Positions 23,613 to 34,267 of a DNA stretch of 64,000 nucleotides are shown here, in pieces. The DNA is from Amoebophrya sp. A120 (lineage: Eukaryota > Protista > Dinoflagellata), in NCBI GenBank assembly GCA_905178155.1, contig CAJINV010000001.1:11639832-11703831 (forward strand). Reading direction: 5' to 3'. A program made the position numbers and the translations under genes. Numbering within the stretch: position 1 is the first letter of the stretch; each line of letters starts with the position of its first letter. Below the pieces are notes generated by a model that saw nothing but the letters and a program-made list of their open reading frames with translations, ran no database searches and was not told where the DNA came from.

Positions 23613-25721
23613 TTAGAACCGCCAGATCTTCACCACCCGATCCTTACTTCCCGAACAGGCCTTTGCTCCGTCCTGCGCCCAGTCCACCGCGTAGACTTCG
23701 TCTGCGTGCCCCGGGAGGTCTTTCAGTAACTTTTTCTTGTTGATGTCCCACACTTTCATGGTCGAGTCGCTGGACCCGGAGAGCAACAGGCGCGAGTCCG
23801 CGGACCAGGAAATCTGAAACACCTTTCCCACGTGTCCACGCATTGTGTGCGCGAACCGACCCGTTCTTCCATCCCACAAGCGAATACTTCGATCGAAGCC
23901 CGCACTCGCGATCCACCGCCCGTCTGGGGAAAAGAGTGCCTGGTTGACGAGCTGCTGGTGGCCGGTCAGTCGTTTCTTCTCAAAAGTCGGGTCCAGCGGC
24001 TTCCAGAGGAACATCGTGAAGTCATCGCTGCCGGAAAGCAACCGCTCCCCGCCGGCGACTTGCAACGCCTCCTGATATCGGGCCAGAGCGAGCGTAAACC
24101 GTTGCGGGTTGTTTTCCTCGCAGGCGCTTCGATCGACGTTGGCATTGAGACTAGACTTCGACGCCGCTGCTTGCTTTCCATTTTTCTTGTTTTTGCCGTT
24201 TTTTGCTGCGCCAGCTGTCTTTGCGTTTTTCTGGTTCTTTGTCGCGATGGTCTCTTTCTTCGCTTCCGGAACGGTGGTCGCTGCTGAGGAACTTGGCGAG
24301 GACGCACCAGCTTCGGTCTGCGCTACAGCTTCCTCCTTCTGTTCGACTGCTGCAGTAGTTTGGGCTACCTCCGGGAGTGGTTTGTTCGCACGGTGTTTTT
24401 CCTTCAACTGTGCAATCTTCTTTGGCTCGTAATGACCCGTCCGCAAAATGTAGTCCAAGTTCAGCGCCAGGGAGTTGATCCAGTGGGCGTGGCCCTTCAA
24501 CGTCTTCAAGCAGGATCCGGTGGACGCGCACCACATTTTGATCAACCGATCGCGGCCGGCGGTGTACAGAACACCCCCGGTGTTGCTTCGCTCGCCCGAC
24601 CACCGAATTTGCATGACCGCGGCGGTGTGGCCTCCGAGTGTCAGAACGCAGTTTCCCGTGGTTACATCCCAGATTCGGGCGTCACTGTCTTTGCTCGTCG
24701 AGGCCAGCAGCGGTCGCGTCGGTGAGGTCTTGTTCGCCGGAACGCAGTGCAGTGGCTGCCAGACAAGCGAAGTCACCGGCTCGCGGTGACCGGTCAAGGT
24801 CGCTTTTCTCGCTCCCGTGTACGGGCACCAAACGAGAATCTTCTTATCCATACCCGCGGACGCCAGAAACGCGCCGTCGGGGCTCCACTCGCAACTTAGG
24901 ACGTGGTGCGTGTGGCCTGTGGTGTGATGTGTGCATGCGAGATGAATATTCAGCGCTTTTTAAATTGAATTATGGCCTGCAGGCACGGGCAGCCTGCATA
25001 TGTATGACGAAAAGAACAGTAACAAACCATCACAACATAACAACTCTAGGCGAAAAATGAGAAAAGTTGTACCTTTGAAAACGTGCACACACACTTCTGT
25101 GTTCATGTCCCACAGCCGCAACGTGGTGTCGCCCGACCCCGTCGCCAATAGCGTGCAATCCGGCGAGAACCGCGAACACAACACAGCTTCAGAGTGTCCT
25201 TCCATACTACTGGAACACCTGGTGACTGGCCTCACCTTAAAAATCGCCAGTGGGTAAAAGGTGAGCAGAGCGACCTTTTCCTGCGTGAAATTGTGCACGG
25301 TCAGCTTTTCGATAGCGTCCGCCAGCGTGGCTTTCTCACCCTCCAATGGGACCACGACCGATCTGTCGTCTCCCCGGTTCGCTCCCATTTCAAAGCTGTA
25401 CTGCTCAGGTTCCTCATTCTCTAAAACTTGATTCAGCAACTGATTCAAATCCGCCGTGTTCGCGGTGACCGCAATGTCCAATTCGGGGCCTTGCGGATTC
25501 AACTCCGCGTCGCGAAATTGCAGGATCAGTCGCTGCTGGTTCGCACCACTTGAAGCCATACTTGTCGTGGTCTGCTCGACGCGTCGCTCCTTGCTCGGCG
25601 CGGACGCGGTATTCATCTGGGGTGCATTGTTCTCGGCGGGCCGCTTCAGAGAAGCCTGGGCGTCGACTGCAGGAGCTGCCTGCATCGTCGCTGTCGTGGT
25701 CGCTTCTTGTGCTGCTGTCAT
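23613..25721 (-). CDS. NLE1: Notchless / Rsa4 ribosome-assembly WD40 protein, ~650 aa, 2 exons
   Basis: Exons 25721-25073 and 24916-23613. NLE domain (LNQLLNQVLENEEPEQYSF...FYPLAIFKVRPVTRCSSSMEGHSEAVL) plus WD40 repeats ending LPGHADEVYAVDW...DRVVKIW. Confidence 0.93.
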
Positions 25722-26517
25722 TTTTCTCCTTGACGGGTAAATAGCGATTGATACACTCGTATCAGGAAAAGAGAAGCCAGACAAATTTTGTAAGTAGTCG
25801 ACGTCTGTGGAAGCAAGAAAAAACGTAAGTTGCTCAAGGGATAGGGTTAATAAAGTTTTTTATCTGCTGTCCTTCTACCTACATTCATATCTCTCTTGCC
25901 AATATGCATCCACCTGTGCGTAGAATTTCGCGACGTAGTCAAAAAGTCAAAGCATGATATCACACTGTGGACGATGATCGCGATTAGAGAATTGATCTCT
26001 ACTGAGAGGTTGTTATTCTGATCGTCAAGATCTTTGCCACGAGGACCAATCTGTCAACACAAATAGGACCGCTTCCGCCTTTCATTGGAGTTTGAATTTC
26101 ACGATCACGGGCGACATTGCTTGGAGAACGAGAAAAAGGAAAAGATCGTACGCGCAGGCGTTCTTTTTTGCGTAGATCGACAAGAACCTCGCTTCAAAAG
26201 GACCATCGTCGTTTGCCAGGAAGGCGACTGGAATTGTTGCGATGCATTTATGACGATCCGTGGACACACTTGGACACGAAGCTCAGGGTCTCATGTTGCG
26301 CAATCGCAAATTGTGTGTTGCAGCTTGCTGGTGTCTTCATTTAGTACTACTTACTATGTATACTTTGTTGAAAAAGTAGTCGAATCTATTTTACACACAG
26401 ACACAGAGGCGAAGTCTAGCCGTCGAAGTCGACATCCTATCGCCACGGAAAGGGCATCGAGCAACGGTGAAGGTTTCATTTGGAAAAGATTACCGAAAAG
26501 AAAAGTTCAAAAAGTCA

Positions 26518-29500
26518 TCAAGTTTTGATTTTGCAGAGCGGGTCCGTCGATGCCAGTGTGACCTCAGCTTGCTCTGCAACGCAGAATTCGCTTATTGTCC
26601 CTGCTCGTGGCGCCTTGATTTCTATCGTCGCCTTGTCGCTTTCAATCTCGGCAATCAGTTCGTTCGCTTCTACTTGGTCCCCAGGTTTTTTGACAAAGGT
26701 TACGTAGAGATTGTCACCGTCGAGTGGTGCATTTACCACGATTGTTTCGGAAGCTGCGTTGGCGCTGCTCGTCGTGCTTGCTGCTGCTTCTGCTTTTGCG
26801 CTTGCAGGAGCAGCGGACGACAAGTCAGTACCAGTACCAGACCCCGTCGTCGACGTCGTCTGTACTTCGCAGTCTCCGCTACCAGCGCCAAACCTCCAAG
26901 AACTTTTCCTTTTCGCGTCCCCCACGTCTCCTGCGGTGATTGCTCCGATTCGCTCCAATGCGGTCACAACGTCCTCCGCCTGAAGCAGGCAGTCGCCGAC
27001 GCCGTAGGGGATGTAGACACTCGGGATTGTGCATTCGGAAAAAACGAGGTTCCGACTGTACGGCAGCTTGCGCTTCAAATCGGTCACGACCGGGCCAAGT
27101 AACCCGGCGTTTGGATTCCCGTCGACGACGAGAACGTCGATAGGCTGCTCGTTCTGCAGTTCGGCGCGCAGGTAGTCAACCAGAGCGTTTGGCGTTCGGT
27201 TGTATGAGAGGATGAAGAAATCGCAGTTGACCTGAAAATGATGAATGTTGTACGGAGTGGGAGAAAACGATGTGATACGACATTTCGGCACACATATGTA
27301 AAATCCGAAACTTGAAAGTACTTGTCTTTCACTCGGTCTACTAGTCTAGCATACACTTACATCAACAAAGTTCGCTTTAGTACCTGCTTCTCCTCGACAA
27401 CCTTGGCAGCCATCTTCGCTTCCGGGCCCCATGCGAGAACCACAAGTTTTCGCTTGCTCTTCGGCTTTTCAGCAGTTGATGCGAAGGAAAACTTGACTTG
27501 CAACACATCGTTCAGCCCTATCACGGTTTCCGGCGCCTCCAGGGGGAACTTCCCGTGCAAAAGTTGAAACGCTGCGGTGGGGACCACGCAAATGACCATG
27601 CGGCCCAAGTCGTGCAGTCGCACCATTTCCGGCATGCTGGCCCGAAACGCGTTCATATCGAGCGGCAAAGCCATCACGGTGTTCGCATCGGACGCGAAAG
27701 AGGAGTACTCCGGCGTGTTGTGGTGCTCGCCGACGCGCGCGAGCCAGTGCGCGCGGGTGGATTTTGACCCGTCGGCGTTTTCGATTTCCTGGACATCAAA
27801 CGACGCAATCGAGCCGCCATCAAACATGTAGATCACGTTTCCGTGGGTGCCGGAATCGCAGTACCGGTACGCTGCGTACTTCATGTGGTCTCGGGCGTGC
27901 TCGTTGAAAATTGTGTGCGGTCCCTTGACGAAAACCAGATTGTTTTCCGGGAGAACCGACCGCATCGCGGCGCCCACCTGCATCACCTGCGACTCGTGCG
28001 GGAGAAAGTTCACAAATTTGTCCGTGTGTCTATCCTCGATCAGATTCAGCTCTCCGTACACCCCGCCCCGGCTGTCGGCGTTTTTGTCCTTTTTGTGGTT
28101 CTCCTGGTGGACGTAGCGGCAAGCGCGGTTTTTTTTGTCGGCCTTGTCCATCTCCTGGTTGATGGTGCGCGCAAAAATGTCTGACCCCATCCCGGCGAAC
28201 TCGGCGTGGTTTTTGCTTGTCAAGTACTCCGAAGAGAGGGCGTGAATTTTGCCTTGCTCAGCTCCAAAAACGGTGAGCGCCCCCGGCTGCGACAGCTCCA
28301 CGGCCTCCGCACGGGTGAGCACGTTCGTTCCGCAGATCGCCGCTTCGATCTCGTTTCCAATGGATACGTTCGCGGCTTCCAGGGCTTTTGCGAGGTCTGC
28401 GCCCGTTGCAGTTGGCTCGGAAATGTCCGCGAGCTGGGACAGCAAACACTCCTTCAGCTTGTCAAACTGATCCAAGACGACGGCGTCCGGTGCGGGATTC
28501 TGGTCGTTTGCATGCCCCCCTGGCCGAAAGGGAAAGCGGCATATCACGTAGGTCGGCCGGCCAGTCCGCAGAACCTGGTCCACGGCATTCTGCATCGTGG
28601 CAATGCCTCCCTGCACATCCGGCGCCCAGGAAACGAATCCCTTGTCAATGACACTTTCGTAGCTTGCGAAGCGTTCTTGTAATTTTGCCAAGCCGAAATC
28701 GTCTTCGTTCTCCGTGGCAGCCGGGTGCAAGCGGCTGCTGATGCTCGAATTGTTGGCGTTGACGACGAAAATCAAGGGCATCGGGAACCCGCGCTCGCGC
28801 GCTTCCACGAGATGCGCCACGGCGTGCATTGCGCCATCGGTGTAGAACCCCGTGTCGCCGCTTGCAATGACGGTTACGGGCGGCTGTTTTCCCTCCAGAC
28901 CCATGCAAAACGCCCGAGCGGTTTGCATCTCCAAGTCTCTGCCGAGATCGGTGCTGCCGGTGCTGACGTGCGAGTCGCACGGATAGAATTTTCGTGTCAT
29001 GCCGCTGAAAATGTCCGGATCCTCGGTCCCACTCATGCCTGGAAACGGAACTCGACTGCCCGCGTGAAACTGCATGAAGTGTGCCTTGGCGATGAGGCGA
29101 TGCGCCGTGTCGTTCTTGTAGCCCAGCCGGTACAGCTCTTCCAGCATCAGCGGTGAGCGATAGTAGGTGACAAACCGCAGCGCATCCTGCACGTTTTTTG
29201 TTCCCCGTTTTTCCATGCAGTACTCCGCGAGGCCGGCCGCCAGGTGCGTGTAAATGACGCTCGGGAACAGGCTAGCGCCATTTGCCGCTTTTGCGAAATA
29301 CTTGTGCACGTGCTTGGGGAAGACCAGGTTCGCGAGAAACGAATCCAGTAACGCGGCCCGCGAAGAGGAGGATATGCCCAATTCTGCATTGCTGTTCGTG
29401 CCCCCTGCTTGTAGCGTTGCACTACTAGAAGCCGAACTTGCAACGCTCTGGGCGAGCATCGACTTCCGGCGCGAAACTTCATCCTGCAAAGACGACGCCG

Positions 29501-29930
29501 TGCCGAGAGCAGTCAAATCCGACAGTAGCTCATCGTACACAGCCGTGTACAGCCCGTGGCACTTTCGAATCTGTTTGATGAACTCTTTCTGCGACGAAGC
29601 CTGCTTTGATTCGTACGACCGCAATGGATTTCGGCTGTCATAAAGCGCGGAATGCCAGTCATCTGCAGGAGAATCACGGTGGGCGGAGGAAGAGGATGCT
29701 CTTACCGCACCACGACCGTTAGAACTTGATGACGAGGAACTTGCACTTGCTTCGGGCGAACCTTTCCTTGAAGAAGCCGCTGCAGCAGCGGACGACCAGG
29801 CCCGGTCGTGCACACTGATGAACCCCTTGGAACGGATTATCGCCTGCTCTTTGCACCCATACCTGGGTACGAATTTTCTCCATACCCGAGGACAGGCCAT
29901 TACGTCGTGCCTCCCAGTGATGATTTGCAT
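26518..29930 (-). CDS. Single-chain 2-oxoacid dehydrogenase E1alpha-E1beta fusion with C-terminal lipoyl domain, ~1086 aa, 2 exons, probably mitochondrial
   Basis: Exons 29930-27384 and 27231-26518 (CAG|GTACTA...TTCAG|GTC, in phase). E1alpha: TYYRS, ThDP motif GDTG...LIFVVNANNSSIS (28749-28859) and FRPGGHANDQ loop. E1beta: RGGVYG...FVNFLPHESQVMQVGAAM, GEHHNTPE and VVLAWG. An Ala/Ser/Thr linker precedes the lipoyl domain KKPGDQVEANELIAEIESDKATIEIKAPRAGTI (Lys at 26632-26634). The Arg/Ser-rich N-terminus resembles a presequence. Confidence 0.8.
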
Positions 29931-30259
29931 GCCGCGTTACAGCTGATCTCCCTGCACCATCAACTACATGAAGCCGATGGCGCTCTATCTCCTTTATCTC
30001 CGGGGATCTCGAACTCTTCGGCCGAATCATTAACCAAAACCTATGCTACTCACGCACTAATTTCTTCGGGCGGTATCGAGTGCGAGTGGTAGTACGCAGG
30101 ACAGTCCCGGCGGAAAATTGCGTTGAAGACTCTATCCACCTCCCGGCTCGACTGATGAATCGCTCCCCTCCTCACCTCCTCCTCGTAACACCAAAGTTAC
30201 TTGCCCTCAATCTGCGTCTGCCCTATGTATCACATGCTTTTCCGTCTTGATGTGTGCCC

Positions 30260-31110
30260 GCAGAGCAAATGAACCAATCGGAACAACTCTGAAGCGAATG
30301 GGCTCGCTTCGAGAAAAAAAATGAGGATGAGCTCTCTTGCAATTCGTTCATCGGCAAACCGCCTGTCTGGGCCTGCCGTGGCCCCAATCTGCCGGCGCGA
30401 AGACCACGGGTCAGCAGCTGCGACCACATACACGCGCCAAACTTGCTGCCGACCTGCCACCGGCCTGGCAGTGCGCGAAGGGAAGTAAGTCGCCCGGGAG
30501 GCCCCGGTGGAGCCCATTGGCTTCTGGCCTGCCAGGGAAATGCGCCCAAGCGGCACGGGCCCGCGCCCGCTGTACGTTCTTGCGGGCCGATGCGACCAGG
30601 GAGGGGTCTGCGCCTCTGGCCCCCATGATTCAACAGAGCCGGCGGGGGGCACTCATGCAAGCGCGCCGGCAGGCACTCGCGCCGCCCCCAACTTTTTCCG
30701 CGGGGCGGGTCGCCATTTGGTTTGTCGTTTGATGCTTTTAATTTTGCACACTACGACGACGATAATTCAATTTGGTATGATATCCATGCCGGTGGACTTC
30801 CCACTTTGTGGCTGTGGTTCCGGCAATCTGGCGGACCCGCTGCCCGCTCGTCGACTCCTGCCCGTACCGCAAGGCAGCCAACGAACGCGGCCGGCCAAAG
30901 GTTCCAGAGGCTGCGCCACTGGTGCGCCCGCGCAGCCATTCGACGCAGAGGAGAATGAAACACACACTCAGGGCGGCGATGCCCATGGCCATACCGGCCA
31001 CGAGCTTCCGTAGTTGGCAGCGGCCTCCGCGCCCGGATCGACGGCAAAAAGGCCGCGCTCCGCCATCTTGATCTCTCAAAACATGGAGCGGCCATCTTCT
31101 TCCATTTCTA
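30260..31110. repeat. GC-rich dispersed repeat / possible non-autonomous mobile element (copy B)
   Basis: Shares with copy A, in the same order and orientation: aagggaagtaag (30478 vs 22182), ggaggcc.cgg...ccattggct (~30497 vs ~22278), gtggttcc (30814 vs 23265) and aatctggcgga (30825 vs 23279). Confidence 0.6.
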
Positions 31111-31753
31111 CCTGGTACACACAAACAGCAAACAGCGCACGGCAACATCCACACTCTCACTTAAATTTTTCTCTCGACAAGAACTACACAAGCAGCACAC
31201 GCCTCGCTCCATTAGCACAATTTTGGGATTTGCCTGTGCTCCCTCCCTACTCCAAATGAAGCTCCTCCGCCACCTATCAGAATCAGCGTCATCTACCTTG
31301 AAACATCATCAACACGAAGAGTAGCCGCAGTGGCAGTAGCGAGCAACGCTACATATTCTGGCATGGCAATTCCAGTTTCTTTTTCCGGCTTCATCAATCT
31401 ACCCGTATTTCCGGACACTTGTCCAAAAAAAAGTTCGCAATCGCGAGCGCGTCTTGAAAAAATCTTATGATCAACTTCTCTTTTTACACTGTATTCATAT
31501 TTGGTTACACAAACATTAGAATCGAAGTCTACACGGTAAGAAATCCAATCGCAGTCTTCTTTCGACTTGTAGCTTTATTACAGCTACAACGAAGTAATCT
31601 TTCATCTTTACAAGCATCTTTATCGGGCGGACGCGGATACTGCACAGAAACGCATTTCATCAAAATGTTCGTTCAAGGAACGCGAAACCAAAAACTACTT
31701 GAGGTCCTCGGTTGCCACTTGTTTTAACTGAGTACTTTTTTCTATCACCGACT

Positions 31754-33602
31754 TTAGTTTGCAAAAGCAGGGATTCCGGTAATGGCCCGCCCGAGGACCA
31801 GTGCGTGAATGTCCTGGGTGCCCTCGTAGGTATTCACAGCCTCCAAATTCAATACGTGTGTCATGATTCCGTACTCGTCAACGATTCCGTTTCCGCCCAA
31901 CATGTCTCGGCATTCCCGAGCAATGTGCAGTGCCTGAAAATGGTTCGACTCAAAAGGCAATCGCGACAAAGCTACTTTTCTCACAATATCAAATGCAAGA
32001 GTTGAGAAGATCGGAAAGAGGAAAAACCATCGACCGAAAAGAATCAATCACCTACCAAACAACCGTATTTACATCAACTCAATACCTTCGTGCAGCTGTT
32101 TCGCTTGGCCATGGAGATGAGGTTGCTGTGGAGCTGGTGGTCCTCTTTCATCCTGGTGATCCGCGCTACCAACTGCCTTCCCAACACGATGTCTGTCCAG
32201 GCGTCCGCAAGCTTCTTCTGCAGAATCTGGTTGCTCGCCAACGGTCGCTTGAACATGTGCCGGTCCAACAAATACCGTCTCGCGATGTCCACGCACTCTT
32301 CCGCCGCACCCAACGCGCCCCAGGCGATGCCCAGTCGCGCGGAGTTCAAACAGGTAAACGGCCCCTTCATACCGACGATGTCCAGCATGTTCCCCGCCGG
32401 CACTCTCGCGTTGTCCATCATGATCATGCCCGTTGGGGAGGCACGGAGGGAAAATTTGCCGTCGATCTTCGGCGTCTGCAGCGTCTGTTCACTGTTGTCC
32501 GCACGCTCGATGATGAACCCTCTCACTTTCCCGTGGTGTTCTGGCACGTCTGGATCGTGCACCTTCGCCCACACCATGAACACGTCCGCGATCGGAGAAT
32601 TTGTGATCCAGGTCTTGCTGCCGCTCAGCAACCAGTTGTCCCCGTCCTTCTTCGCAGTTGTCGTCATGCCCGCGGGATCCGAGCCGTGGTTGGGTTCGCT
32701 CAGCCCAAAGGACCCCACAATCTCGCCGGCGGCGAGCTGCGGGAGCAGCCGGTCCTTCAGCGCCTCACTGCCGAAAAGATGGATCGGCCACATCACCTGA
32801 TTTAGAATTAGACAGGACAGTTTTTGGTAATGATAGAGTAAGAGAGCACCTTCGCTTCTGCGAGTTGCTTGACCATTCGCATTTATTTCACATTTCTTGA
32901 ATATTGTAGTCAGCAGTATGTTGTTGAAAAACGTTTCATGCCAAATGCCAAGTCCTATACCAAGCTCGACTGCACACTGAGTGTTGACCGGTAGCCCGAG
33001 TCGCACTTCTCGACTTCTGTGGCGACGAGGCCGTAACTTGTCACCGAAGCGCCGGCGCAGCCGTACTTTTCCGGCAGCACCAGGCCTAACAGCCCAGCTT
33101 TTCCCATCTCCCGGATGATGCCCCGCGTATCACCTTCCTCTCGTCGAAAGTGCTCGCGCAACCGCGGCCGTAGCTCCGTGTCAGTAAACTTCCTGGCTGC
33201 GTCGCGGATGAGTATTTCGCTCTCCGTGAAGGTGTTCTCCAAGAGTAACGGGTCCTGCCAGTGCTCCTCTGGCACCCATTCGAAAGGCTCACTGATAATC
33301 TTCTTCGTGTTCACAGAGGAGGAACTGACTGCGGCGGATGCAGCGGGCGGAGCAGTTGTGTGCATCGCTGGTGGTGCATGTTGCTGCTCCTGCTGCTTCA
33401 CACTGGCGGCCGCGGAGCCGAAACTTCTTCCCGCCGTAGACGGTGTTGGCGTGGAGCTGAAACTGCGTGTTGCCGTACTACCGGTGGAAGTTGTATACTG
33501 GCAATTTTTCCCACCGAAATTGACACTTGACGCGAGCCGGCTCTGCCGGAAAAGACGCGACGCTATGGGTCGCATGGACGAACTAGCAGATGACATCGAC
33601 AT
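31754..33602 (-). CDS. GCDH: Glutaryl-CoA dehydrogenase, mitochondrial, ~510 aa, 3 exons
   Basis: Exons 33602-32961, 32796-32086 and 31933-31754. Motifs [58 protein letters not shown]-like [11 protein letters not shown] and [20 protein letters not shown] are diagnostic of GCDH. A Ser/Arg-rich presequence is present. Confidence 0.95.
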
Positions 33603-34267
33603 CGTATTTCTCGATTCAACTTCAAACACAAACAGACATACACATAGATTATTTTGTCTCCAGAGTTGTCGTAGAAGAACTTAAACCTTGACCTTCAAAA
33701 CGAGGCTGTGTGAGTTGAAGAATTGGTACTTAGATTCTTTTCATGATCACGGGTACTTAAAAACATTCAGGGCAGGAATGCAGGAGGGTAGCCAATTTAA
33801 CCTGTAATATCAAATATGGCGCGGCAGTAGTTTTTGCAATATGTCGAAAAATATCGACAAAGTTGTCTGACGTCAAATCTCCCCTCGTTCTCAACACTCA
33901 CTCTGGAACATGCTTCGCTCCTTCCTGTTCCTTCTTTTTCATGAATCTGTCTCTCAGAGCACGCGCAAGGGCAAGCAAGAAAAAACTATAGTGGACCACT
34001 ACCGATTTCTCTTCGAAAAATTCTCATCTCAGCGAAGACCTCATACTTGCACAGAATCACAATCTGGAAGCGGAAACACCCGGGCCACTAAGTTAGTGTC
34101 GCAAAAATGTCAGTGAAGGTCAACTTTTCTTGCTTGTGTACTGCGAAACAGACTTTGCATTTCTAAGACTTGCACCAACTATGCCGCATCCGGCCAAAAC
34201 CTGTGAGTGCGTGGATCCAGTCCACGAAGATGAAGAACATTCTGTTGTACAAAACGATTTCTTTACG

